35,030 nucleotides of DNA from positions 1 through 35,030 of the forward strand of contig JAWOBS010000036.1 in the NCBI GenBank assembly GCA_046484145.1. The letters run 5' to 3'. The stretch is from Bacteroidales bacterium. GTDB taxonomy: Bacteria; Bacteroidota; Bacteroidia; Bacteroidales; UBA7960. A program made the translations under genes and the position numbers. Below, one piece after another: positions 19,157 to 27,928 of the stretch (position 1 is its first letter; the number at the start of each line of letters is the position of its first letter). The notes beneath the pieces are model-generated. The model had not been told where the DNA came from. It saw nothing but the letters and a program-made list of their open reading frames with translations, and searched no databases.

Positions 19157-19738
19157 ATGAAAAAAGATATAATTTTAGCAGGTGTTGGTGGCCAGGGAAT
19201 ATTGTCAATAGCTGCCGTTATTGGTTACGCTGCAATTGAGTCAGATTTATATCTGAAGCAAGCTGAGGTTCATGGAATGAGCCAGAGAGGTGGTGATGTA
19301 CAGTCTCACTTAAGGCTTTCAGATAAAGAAATAGCATCTGACCTTATTGCTTTTAGCGCAGCAGATATGATTATTTCAGTTGAACCAATGGAGTCATTGA
19401 GGTATTTACCTTTTCTTAGCGATAATGGCTGGCTGATAACAAACACCAAGCCTTTTATTAATATTTCTAATTACCCGGAAGAAGAAAAAGTAATGGAGGA
19501 GATTAAAAAGCAGCCAAAACATATTGCTATAGATGCTGAATCTGTGGCGTCGGAACTGGGAACTGCAAAGGCTGCAAATATGGTTATTCTGGGTGCCGCA
19601 TCACCATTTCTGGATGTAGACTTTGAGAAATTGAAAAGCGCAGTTAAGAATATTTTCGGGAAAAAAGGTGAAGATGTTGTGGATCTTAATATAAAAGCAC
19701 TGGAAGCAGGCCGTAAATTTGCTCAGGAGAATAAATAG
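19157..19738 (+). CDS. iorB: indolepyruvate:ferredoxin oxidoreductase, beta subunit
   Basis: 193 aa. ILAGVGGQGILSIAAVIG...EVHGMSQRGGDVQSHLRLS is typical of the pyruvate/ketoisovalerate oxidoreductase gamma-like domain of IorB. Confidence 0.8.
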   Translation: MKKDIILAGVGGQGILSIAAVIGYAAIESDLYLKQAEVHGMSQRGGDVQSHLRLSDKEIASDLIAFSAADMIISVEPMESLRYLPFLSDNGWLITNTKPFINISNYPEEEKVMEEIKKQPKHIAIDAESVASELGTAKAANMVILGAASPFLDVDFEKLKSAVKNIFGKKGEDVVDLNIKALEAGRKFAQENK

Positions 19739-19793
19739 CCTGATTTGTTTTTGAATTTAATTAGTTTTTTGTTTAAAAAAAATCCAATATAAT

Positions 19794-22679
19794 ATGCTAA
19801 CAAATAATTTTCTTCTAAGGCACAATGGTATTCGTAAAGACGATGAGGATAAAATGCTCAAAACCATTGGTGTAAAGTCTGTTGATGAATTGATAGATAA
19901 AACTATCCCTTCCTCTATAAGGCTAAAAAAAGAATTGGAGCTGCCGGAAGGCTTAAACGAATTTGAGTTTATTTGTCACTTGAAAAATCTGGCAAATAAC
20001 AATAAGATTTATAAAAGTTTTATCGGACAGGGATATTATAATACTATTTTGCCCGGTGTAATCCAAAGAAATGTATTAGAAAATCCCGGTTGGTATACAG
20101 CTTACACTCCATATCAGGCAGAAATATCTCAGGGTAGGCTTGAAGCACTATTGAATTTTCAAACTGTAATTACTGAACTGACCGGCCTGGAGATAGCAAA
20201 TGCATCTTTACTCGATGAAGGTACTGCTGCTGCTGAAGCTATGATAATGCTGTTTAATGCACGTTCGCGTTCTGCAGTTAAAAATAATGTGAATAAATTC
20301 TTTGTCTCTGAAGACGTTTTTCCTCAGACAATCGCTGTGTTAAAGAACAGATCCTGGCCTTTAGATATTGAGCTTGTAATTGGTGATTATCACTCTCATG
20401 ATATTGATGAGACCTTTTTTGGTGCAATAGTGCAATATCCTGATGATAAAGGCAGTGTGAATAATTATTCTGACTTTGCTAAAAAGCTGCATGAAAAAGA
20501 AGTTAAACTGATAGTGATAGCCGATATTTTGAGTTTAACAATGCTAACTCCTCCCGGTGATTGGGGAGCAGATGTGGCTGTTGGCTCTACCCAACGTTTG
20601 GGAATACCTATGGGATATGGAGGCCCACATGCTGGTTATTTTGCAACTAAAGAGGAGTTTAAAAGACAAGTGCCCGGCAGGATAATTGGCGTATCTGTTG
20701 ATAAAAATGGAAATAAGGCTCTTCGTATGGCTCTTCAAACTAGGGAGCAGCACATCAAAAGGGAAAGAGCTACTTCTAACATATGCACTGCACAGGCTTT
20801 GCTTGCTTCAATGACAGGTATGTATGCTATATATCACGGCCCGAAAGGACTTAAAGAGATAGCCCGGCATATTAATATCCTTGCCGGATTATTTGCTGAT
20901 GAGGTTAAAAAGTATGGTTACAACCAACTAAATAAGCATTTCTTTGATACTGTTTTAATAGAGTTGCCTAAAAATGTATTTGCCGAGAATATTCGTCATA
21001 TGGCCGAAGCAAATCATATGAATTTAAGGTATGTTGATGAAAAGCATATTGGACTTAGTTTTGACGAGATTACAACACTGAAAGATGTTAATGAATTACT
21101 TGAGATCTTTGCTAAAGCCAATTCACAGAAATTTGAAGACGTAAAATGCGATCCAAAAGGATGTGACAAAATATCTACTATCCCGGAAAGCCTTGAAAGA
21201 AAATCCGAGTTTCTTCAGTTGCCGGTTTTTAATTCTTATCATTCGGAAACAGAAATGATGAGATATCTCAAAAAGCTTGAGAACAAAGACCTTGCACTAA
21301 ACAGGACAATGATACCACTGGGCTCATGCACGATGAAGCTTAATGCTGCTACAGAATTGTTTGCTTTAAGCTGGCCTGAATTCGCAAATATACATCCTTT
21401 TGTCCCTGATTATCAGGCTGAAGGTTATCTTGAGCTAATTAGACAACTGGAAAAGGATCTTTGTGAGATTACAGGTTTTGCAGGAATGTCATTTATGCCT
21501 AATTCCGGTGCATCAGGAGAATATACCGGTTTGATGGTTATCAGGGCATATCACAGTAGCCGGGGCGAAGAGCATAGAAATATAGCTTTAATTCCTTCTT
21601 CAGCACATGGCACTAATCCTGCAAGTGCTGTTATGGCAGGTATGAAGGTGGTTGTTGTAAAATGTGATGAGAATGGAAATATTGACATTGATGATCTTAG
21701 AAAAAAAGCAGAAGAGCATAAAGATGATCTTGGAGCTATAATGATTACTTATCCATCGACACATGGTGTTTTTGAGGAGGATATACTTGAAGCAACCCGC
21801 ATAGTTCATGATAATGGAGGCCAGGTATATATGGACGGTGCAAACATGAATGCTAAAGTGGGATTGTCAAATCCGGCAATTTGCGGTGCCGATGTTTGTC
21901 ATTTGAACTTGCATAAAACTTTTGCAATCCCTCATGGTGGAGGCGGCCCAGGCGTTGGGCCAATTGGTGTTGCAGAACATCTGCTGAATTTCTTGCCGGG
22001 TCACCCGATGCATAAAATCGGTGGCGATGAAGGTATACAGCCTGTTGCCAGTGCGCCATTTGGAAGTGCCTTTATTCTTACAATTACTTATGCTTATATT
22101 AAGCTTATGGGTGGACAGGCTTTGAAGGAAGCCACAAAAGTCGCTATCCTGAATGCTAATTACTTAAGGGCAGCCTTAAAAGATCATTATAAAATCCTTT
22201 ATACAGGAAAAAATGGTAATGTTGCTCATGAGATGATACTCGATTGCAATCCTTTTAAACGTAGTATTGATATTGACGCTATTGATGTGGCTAAGCGATT
22301 AATGGATTATGGTTTTCATGCTCCTACAGTTGCTTTCCCTGTTCCCGGAACATTGATGGTTGAGCCAACAGAAAGTGAACCTTTAAGCGAACTAGACAGG
22401 TTTGTTGATGCTATGATTGCTATCCGGGAAGAAATTCGCGAAATTGAAGATGGTAAAGCGGATAAAGCTAATAATATTATTAAAAATGCCCCGCATACTG
22501 CGAAAATGCTTATTTCAAATGAATGGAGTTTTCCTTATTCCAGAGAAAAAGCAGCATTTCCAATGCCATGGTCAGAAGAAATTAAATACTTCACTCCTGT
22601 TACTCGTATAGACGATGCTTATGGCGATAGAAACCTGGTTTGTACTTGCGAGCCAATAGATTCTTATGGACAGGATTAG
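19794..22679 (+). CDS. gcvP: glycine dehydrogenase (decarboxylating), glycine cleavage system P protein, single-chain form
   Basis: 961 aa. NPGWYTAYTPYQAEISQGRLEALLNFQ, and the PLP-lysine motif HLNLHKTFAIPHGGGGPG. Confidence 0.95.
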   Translation: MLTNNFLLRHNGIRKDDEDKMLKTIGVKSVDELIDKTIPSSIRLKKELELPEGLNEFEFICHLKNLANNNKIYKSFIGQGYYNTILPGVIQRNVLENPGWYTAYTPYQAEISQGRLEALLNFQTVITELTGLEIANASLLDEGTAAAEAMIMLFNARSRSAVKNNVNKFFVSEDVFPQTIAVLKNRSWPLDIELVIGDYHSHDIDETFFGAIVQYPDDKGSVNNYSDFAKKLHEKEVKLIVIADILSLTMLTPPGDWGADVAVGSTQRLGIPMGYGGPHAGYFATKEEFKRQVPGRIIGVSVDKNGNKALRMALQTREQHIKRERATSNICTAQALLASMTGMYAIYHGPKGLKEIARHINILAGLFADEVKKYGYNQLNKHFFDTVLIELPKNVFAENIRHMAEANHMNLRYVDEKHIGLSFDEITTLKDVNELLEIFAKANSQKFEDVKCDPKGCDKISTIPESLERKSEFLQLPVFNSYHSETEMMRYLKKLENKDLALNRTMIPLGSCTMKLNAATELFALSWPEFANIHPFVPDYQAEGYLELIRQLEKDLCEITGFAGMSFMPNSGASGEYTGLMVIRAYHSSRGEEHRNIALIPSSAHGTNPASAVMAGMKVVVVKCDENGNIDIDDLRKKAEEHKDDLGAIMITYPSTHGVFEEDILEATRIVHDNGGQVYMDGANMNAKVGLSNPAICGADVCHLNLHKTFAIPHGGGGPGVGPIGVAEHLLNFLPGHPMHKIGGDEGIQPVASAPFGSAFILTITYAYIKLMGGQALKEATKVAILNANYLRAALKDHYKILYTGKNGNVAHEMILDCNPFKRSIDIDAIDVAKRLMDYGFHAPTVAFPVPGTLMVEPTESEPLSELDRFVDAMIAIREEIREIEDGKADKANNIIKNAPHTAKMLISNEWSFPYSREKAAFPMPWSEEIKYFTPVTRIDDAYGDRNLVCTCEPIDSYGQD

Positions 22680-22702
22680 TATTTACTTACGGATATTTTA
22701 TT

Positions 22703-22738
22703 AAAAAAAAACGGGACAAATTATTGTCCCGTTTTTTT
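22703..22738. terminator. bidirectional Rho-independent terminator shared by gcvP (+) and the acyl-CoA ligase gene (-)
   Basis: 9-bp stem ACGGGACAA (22711-22719) / TTGTCCCGT (22724-22732) with loop ATTA. It is flanked by A8 (22703-22710) and T7 (22732-22738), so a U-tract follows the hairpin on either strand. Confidence 0.85.
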
Positions 22739-22757
22739 ATGAAAATATTAAGGCTTT

Positions 22758-24437
22758 TTATTGATATAAAAATCTCTTAATCTTTTTTGTAGGTGTCTTT
22801 TCAAAAGGTGTTGGCTGTTCCATAACCAGGTTGATCCTGGAAAATTTATTGATATTCGAATTTACATATTGCTTGATGTCTGTTAGCACTTTATTGACAT
22901 CTTCGTTCATATTATCCTGCCAGTTCTTAGCAGATTCTTTTATATTCTGATATCTGTTTTCCAGTTCTTCGTAATTTAAATGAATTTTTGCAACCAACTT
23001 ACCCTTAAGCTCATAAACAATAGATTCCAAAACAAAACTATGGCTATTTATAACTTCCTCTATCTCTTCGGGGTAAATATTTTCTCCACTTGGACCCAGT
23101 ATCATATTTTTAAGCCTTCCCCTAATGTAAATATATCCGTCTTTATCCATAAAGCCAAGGTCTCCGGTTTTAAACCAGCCGTCTTCAGTAAAGACTTCTT
23201 TGGTTTTTTCCGGTTCTTTATAATAACCACGCATAACATTTGGCCCTTTTGCAACAATCTCACCTTCGCCGGTTCTGGAGTCAGGATTTAAGATTTTGAC
23301 TTGTTGTCCCGGTAGGTTAAAGCCGGTAGATTGATGTTTGGTTAAGGATGGAGAGCATCCTGCGAGTAGAGGTGATGTTTCTGTTAAACCATAACCAATG
23401 GCATATGGAAACTTTGCATCTCTGAGAAATTTTTCTACATCAGGGTTTAACTTTGCTCCACCAATACCAAAGAAATGCAGATGTCCTCCAAATGCCTGGT
23501 ATATTTTTTTACCTGCAAGTTTGTGAAACAATTTTTTAAATAATCTTACTTTGCCTAATACTCTTAGAATTTTGCTATTATTAAGCTTTGGTAAAACCTG
23601 CAGCTTGTATACCTTTTCAATAATAAGAGGCACTGTTAGCATCATTGTTGGTTTAACCTTTGCCATTGCCGGCAATAAAACTGATGCTATTGGAGGTTTG
23701 TCAAGATAGTAAACTGATGCTCCTGTTAAAATAGGAATTACAAAACCAATAGTGCATTCATATGTATGAGATAGCGGTAAAACCGAAAGAAGCCTGTCGT
23801 TCTCATCAACTTTTTGAATTTTTAAAGTGTTGATAGCGTTAGATATTATATTAAGATGGCTTAACATTACGCCTTTAGGTTTTCCTGTAGTTCCGGAAGT
23901 GTAAAGAATTGCTGCCAGGTCATTTTCTTCCGGCTCGGGCAATACTAACTCAGGGTTTTCCTTATAAGCCCCATTGCTATAATACTCAACTTTCCCTGCT
24001 TCATTTAATGCAATAGTGTTGATTTCTTTGAGGTCTTCAAGTAAAATTGATGTGTGTATATTATCAGGAATGCTATCTAGAAGATTAATTGCTAATTTCT
24101 CGGAAACAATAATAGCTTTAGCTCCACTATGCCTGAGAATTTTCTTTATTTCTTTGCTGCTGAATTCATTAAGGATAGGCACAACTACTGCACCCATACC
24201 TGTGATTGCAAGGTATGATACTCCCCAATTAGGCATATTTGGGCCCAATAGTGCAACTTTATCACCTTTCTGAATATCCTTTTTTGCTAAGAGTGAACTT
24301 AATTTGTCACTTTGATTCTTAACATCAAGGTATGTCAGTGGTTTTTCACCAACAAACGACAATGCATTGTTGTTTGGATATAACTGTACACTATTGTTTA
24401 ATAATGAGCGGAAATTTAGTGCTTTTAAATGTGTCAT
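22758..24437 (-). CDS. long-chain fatty acid--CoA ligase (AMP-forming, ANL superfamily)
   Basis: 559 aa. AMP-binding motifs LYTSGTTGKPKGVMLSH, GYGLTETSP, TGDLGFMDKDGYIYIRGRLK. Confidence 0.85.
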   Translation of the reverse strand: MTHLKALNFRSLLNNSVQLYPNNNALSFVGEKPLTYLDVKNQSDKLSSLLAKKDIQKGDKVALLGPNMPNWGVSYLAITGMGAVVVPILNEFSSKEIKKILRHSGAKAIIVSEKLAINLLDSIPDNIHTSILLEDLKEINTIALNEAGKVEYYSNGAYKENPELVLPEPEENDLAAILYTSGTTGKPKGVMLSHLNIISNAINTLKIQKVDENDRLLSVLPLSHTYECTIGFVIPILTGASVYYLDKPPIASVLLPAMAKVKPTMMLTVPLIIEKVYKLQVLPKLNNSKILRVLGKVRLFKKLFHKLAGKKIYQAFGGHLHFFGIGGAKLNPDVEKFLRDAKFPYAIGYGLTETSPLLAGCSPSLTKHQSTGFNLPGQQVKILNPDSRTGEGEIVAKGPNVMRGYYKEPEKTKEVFTEDGWFKTGDLGFMDKDGYIYIRGRLKNMILGPSGENIYPEEIEEVINSHSFVLESIVYELKGKLVAKIHLNYEELENRYQNIKESAKNWQDNMNEDVNKVLTDIKQYVNSNINKFSRINLVMEQPTPFEKTPTKKIKRFLYQ

Positions 24438-24544
24438 AAATTTGTTTTAAAAACTATCTACAAAGATAACACTTAAATTGTACAATTGTTTATTAAATAT
24501 TTATAAACTTATGTGTGTTACGCTTTATTGACGGTGTTGTAAAG

Positions 24545-24586
24545 AAAAAAACCTTAAGAGATAAATTGCCCCCTTAAGGTTTTTTA
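24545..24586 (-). terminator. Rho-independent terminator downstream of hppA
   Basis: 8-bp stem ACCTTAAG (24551-24558) / CTTAAGGT (24573-24580) with a 14-nt loop, flanked by A-run and T-run. On the minus strand the hairpin is followed by TTTTTTCTTT. It lies 28 nt past the hppA stop. Confidence 0.65.
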
Positions 24587-24607
24587 ATAATTATATTTAA
24601 TTAAACG

Positions 24608-26800
24608 TTATAATAAGTGATAACTTACTGCAACACCCACTGTAACAACAGAAGCCATAACCATCAGTTTGATAAGAATATTCAAACTAGGCCCTGAAGT
24701 ATCCTTGAAAGGATCACCAACTGTATCTCCAATAACTGTTGCTTTATGAGCTTCGGAGTTTTTGCCTCCAAAATTGCCTTCTTCAACATATTTCTTAGCA
24801 TTATCCCATGCACCACCGGCATTAGCCATAAAGATAGCAAGTGCAAAACCACTGGAAATTGTTCCTATAAGTAGTCCGGCAATACCGGCAACACCAAATA
24901 TCAATCCTACCACAACAGGGATAAGAAGGGCAATAAGTGAAGGAGCAAGCATTTCTTTTTGGGCTCCTTTTGTTGAAATTTCAACACATCTTGCATAATC
25001 CGGTTCTGCTGTTCCTTCCATTATACCTGCAATAGATTTGAACTGGCGGCGCACTTCGTCCACCATTTGCTGAGCAGCACGTCCAACAGCGTTCATTGTC
25101 ATACCACTGAATAAGAACACAGCCATAACTCCAAGGAAAATCCCCACAATAACTATTGGATTCATAAGATGAATATTATAGTGATGTACAAAGTCGATAA
25201 ATTCTGCATCTATAGCTTTTGTTCCATTTATCAGTTCATCAGGCCTGTCAAGGAATTTAACAAACATCATTCTCACTTCTTCGAAATAAGAGGCGAGCAG
25301 TGCCAAAGCTGTAAGAGCAGCGCTACCAATAGCAAAACCTTTACCTGTTGCAGCAGTAGTGTTTCCAAGAGCATCAAGAGCATCAGTACGTTTGCGCACT
25401 TCCTCGCCAAGTCCGCTCATTTCAGCATTACCACCTGCATTGTCAGCAATCGGGCCGTAAGCATCAGTAGCCAGTGTAATTCCAAGAGTAGAAAGCATAC
25501 CAACAGCGGCTATACCAATACCATAAAGTCCGTAATTAAGATTTGCCGCATCAAAATTAAAATTAGTTGCAAAACCAAAAGCTAAAGTAATAGCCACAAC
25601 AATAATTCCTAATGGAATTGCTGCAGAGATAAGTCCGGTGCCTACGCCGCTGATAATAACAGTTGCAGGTCCTGTTGAACTGGATGCTGCAATTTTTCTT
25701 GTTGGCTTATAGGCAGATGCAGTGAAATACTCCGTAGATTGTCCAATACCAATACCTGCAACCAATCCAACAACAATAGCAGCCCAAATACCCACGTAGT
25801 TAGGTAATTGGAGGTAATAAAGGATGCCATAGGAAGCGGCAACAATTAAGACAGCACTTAAGTTAACACCAAAGCCCAGTGATTTTAATAGTTGTTTTTG
25901 TGTTGCACCTTCTTTTGTTCGAACCATAAAAACACCAAAGATTGATAGTATTGTACCAACAGCAGCTATAAGCATTGGAGCTAAAACAGCATTGCTTTGT
26001 ATTTCTGGCGCAAAGTTCATAAATGCGGCTGCTCCTAAAAGAGCAGTAGCAAGTATAGATGCAGCAAATGATTCAAATAAATCAGCACCCATGCCGGCAA
26101 CATCACCAACATTATCACCAACATTATCTGCTATAGTAGCAGGATTTCTTGGGTCGTCTTCAGGTATATTAGCTTCAACTTTTCCAACAAGGTCGGCACC
26201 AACATCAGCAGCTTTTGTATATATACCACCACCAACACGTGCAAAAAGTGCCTGGGTAGATGCTCCCATACCAAATGTAAGCATAACGGCAGAAATAGTC
26301 ATCAGTTTATATCCTCCGTCCATTTCCGGTATGAAATTGTTAAGAACCAGGAACCAGATAGAAATATCAAGCAATACAAGGCCAACTACTACAAGCCCCA
26401 TTACAGCACCACTGCGAAAAGCCAAACGTAAACCTTTGTCAAGCGAAGTTCTGCAAGCATTGGCTACACGAGCTGAAGCAAATGTTGCTGCCTTCATGCC
26501 AAAGAAACCGGCTAAACCGGAAAAAGCACCACCGGTTATAAATGCAAATGGAACCCATGGATTCTGAATCCCTAAGCCATAAGCCAGAATTGAAAAGATT
26601 ATTGTAATAATAATAAAAACTACGATAACAATTTTGTATTGCTGCCTTAAATAGGCCGCTGCACCTTTGCGTACATGCATGGCAATACGTTTCATTGTAT
26701 CTGTACCCTCGTCTGCCTTTTTCATGTTTCTGAAGAAAAACCAGGCGAAACCTAATGCTAAAATTGAAGCAATTGGAACTAACCAAAAAATTACCGGCAT
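24608..26800 (-). CDS. hppA: membrane-integral, K+-dependent-type ion-pumping pyrophosphatase
   Basis: 730 aa. Motifs: [71 protein letters not shown]. Confidence 0.95.
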   Translation of the reverse strand: MPVIFWLVPIASILALGFAWFFFRNMKKADEGTDTMKRIAMHVRKGAAAYLRQQYKIVIVVFIIITIIFSILAYGLGIQNPWVPFAFITGGAFSGLAGFFGMKAATFASARVANACRTSLDKGLRLAFRSGAVMGLVVVGLVLLDISIWFLVLNNFIPEMDGGYKLMTISAVMLTFGMGASTQALFARVGGGIYTKAADVGADLVGKVEANIPEDDPRNPATIADNVGDNVGDVAGMGADLFESFAASILATALLGAAAFMNFAPEIQSNAVLAPMLIAAVGTILSIFGVFMVRTKEGATQKQLLKSLGFGVNLSAVLIVAASYGILYYLQLPNYVGIWAAIVVGLVAGIGIGQSTEYFTASAYKPTRKIAASSSTGPATVIISGVGTGLISAAIPLGIIVVAITLAFGFATNFNFDAANLNYGLYGIGIAAVGMLSTLGITLATDAYGPIADNAGGNAEMSGLGEEVRKRTDALDALGNTTAATGKGFAIGSAALTALALLASYFEEVRMMFVKFLDRPDELINGTKAIDAEFIDFVHHYNIHLMNPIVIVGIFLGVMAVFLFSGMTMNAVGRAAQQMVDEVRRQFKSIAGIMEGTAEPDYARCVEISTKGAQKEMLAPSLIALLIPVVVGLIFGVAGIAGLLIGTISSGFALAIFMANAGGAWDNAKKYVEEGNFGGKNSEAHKATVIGDTVGDPFKDTSGPSLNILIKLMVMASVVTVGVAVSYHLL

Positions 26801-26804
26801 ACTT

Positions 26805-26812
26805 ACCTCCTT
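26805..26812 (-). promoter_or_regulatory. strong Shine-Dalgarno sequence (AAGGAGGT) for hppA
   Basis: The minus strand reads CTCAAGGAGGTAAGTATG. This is an 8-nt perfect complement to the 16S anti-SD, with 4 nt between it and the ATG at 26800. Confidence 0.6.
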
Positions 26813-26857
26813 GAGTTTTAGTTATACATTAATTAATTATAGTCATTAAACAGGCGA

Positions 26858-26886
26858 CAAAATTATAAATTTATTCATTTAACCAA
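26858..26886 (-). promoter_or_regulatory. candidate promoter for hppA (-7 TAATTTTG)
   Basis: Plus-strand CAAAATTA (26858-26865) is TAATTTTG on the minus strand and lies 57 nt upstream of the hppA ATG. A TTG (complement of 26884-26886) sits 18 nt further upstream. Tentative. Confidence 0.3.
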
Positions 26887-27058
26887 GCTTTGTTTTTTTA
26901 TTTTTTTAATAAATTGATTTCTCTTTAAAACTTTTAGAGAATATTTTGGTTGTATTGTCAGGTTTTTAAGTATGCAGAAAAGCTTTATGCCTGAAAATTT
27001 AATTTTAAATATATCTGTTTTTAATGCTTTATTTATGGATTGTTAGCAAAAAAACCGC

Positions 27059-27066
27059 TATTTTTG
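27059..27066 (+). promoter_or_regulatory. candidate -7 box (TATTTTTG) for the nuclease gene
   Basis: Matches TAnnTTTG and lies 48 nt upstream of the ATG at 27115. It is embedded in the 12-mer CGCTATTTTTGT, which recurs upstream of nupC. Confidence 0.3.
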
Positions 27067-27114
27067 TAAATATTGTCAAATATTATTAGAAAAGAAAAAA
27101 GGTAATTAGGCTAA

Positions 27115-27717
27115 ATGGAAAAAAAAATAAAACTTGATATTTTAGGTATTTCATACAGCCAATCACAATCGGGTGCATATGCATTAATACTAGGTGAATC
27201 CGGTGAAAAAAGAAGATTGCCCATTATTATCGGAAGCTTTGAAGCGCAAGCAATAGCTATTGAGCTAGAAAAGATGAAACCCAGCAGGCCTCTTACCCAC
27301 GACCTTTTTAAAAATTTTGCTGAAACTTTTGATGTTAAAATAAATGAAGTTATTATCTATAAATTCAGTGAAGGGATTTTCTTTGCCAAGTTAATTTGTA
27401 ATAATGGAGGGGAAGCTATAGAAATTGACTCCCGAACAAGTGATGCTGTCGCTATAGCTGTTCGGTTTAAATGCCCGATTTATACCTATGAGTCAATACT
27501 TGGTGCTGCCGGTATTATTCTTCAAGAAGAGCATGAAGGAAAACCCACAGGAGAAGAACCACCGGATGAAACACCTAAAAGCGACGCCGGATTTGATCAA
27601 TATAATATCAAAGAGCTCGAAACAATGTTGATGGCCGCCATTGACGAGGAAGCATATGAAAAAGCTTCTAAGATCAGAGATGAAATTAATCGTAGGAAAT
27701 CTAAAAAATCCAAATAA
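27115..27717 (+). CDS. bifunctional nuclease family protein (DUF151 DNase/RNase domain plus C-terminal UVR motif)
   Basis: RRLPIIIGSFEAQAIAIELEKMKPSRPLTHDL matches the DUF151 core. The C-terminus ELETMLMAAIDEEAYEKASKIRDEINRRK looks like a UvrB/UvrC-type UVR helix. Confidence 0.7.
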   Translation: MEKKIKLDILGISYSQSQSGAYALILGESGEKRRLPIIIGSFEAQAIAIELEKMKPSRPLTHDLFKNFAETFDVKINEVIIYKFSEGIFFAKLICNNGGEAIEIDSRTSDAVAIAVRFKCPIYTYESILGAAGIILQEEHEGKPTGEEPPDETPKSDAGFDQYNIKELETMLMAAIDEEAYEKASKIRDEINRRKSKKSK

Positions 27718-27788
27718 ACTCTTCTTTGTTATTTTTTTAATTGAAAAATCAATAAGTTTCATACCCTCTTTGTAATAAGTTTATACGC

Positions 27789-27796
27789 TATTTTTG
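27789..27796 (+). promoter_or_regulatory. candidate -7 box (TATTTTTG) upstream of nupC
   Basis: Matches TAnnTTTG but lies 132 nt before the ATG at 27929, which would give a long leader. Same CGCTATTTTTGT 12-mer as at 27056. Confidence 0.25.
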
Positions 27797-27928
27797 TTTT
27801 GTAATTCTTATACCTTTAAAAAATAGCAAATTACTTCCCCACTTCTAAAAAAAATTAATAGGTTTGCATACTTGTATTTTAATGTATTTTATTTAATGGT
27901 GAAAAATTGACAATATAATAATATAGGT

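Noticed and set aside
19739-19793. Possible glycine riboswitch upstream of gcvP. I also looked for a TPP riboswitch upstream of thiL, a THF riboswitch upstream of thyA/folA, and a purine/2'-dG riboswitch upstream of nupC.
   Set aside because: The gcvP leader is only 55 nt of A/T-rich sequence, and thiL starts 14 nt after the preceding gene. The thyA (141 nt) and nupC (211 nt) upstream regions lack the GC-rich conserved cores of these riboswitch classes.
25992-26567. 191-aa plus-strand ORF, with further ORFs at 25169-25585, 24762-24998, 26439-26786 and 25642-25845, all lying inside hppA in other frames (three antisense on the plus strand, two in alternative minus-strand frames).
   Set aside because: hppA is unambiguous on the minus strand. 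The off-frame translations are Ser/Pro/Thr/Ala-rich low-complexity sequence. That is typical of shadow ORFs over a Gly/Ala/Val-rich membrane protein whose GC-rich codons suppress stops. They have no start context or motifs.
26972-27046. 24-codon small ORF (MQKSFMPENLILNISVFNALFMDC) in the hppA/nuclease divergent intergenic region.
   Set aside because: There is no ribosome-binding or promoter evidence, and an ORF of this length is expected by chance. It cannot be supported from sequence alone.
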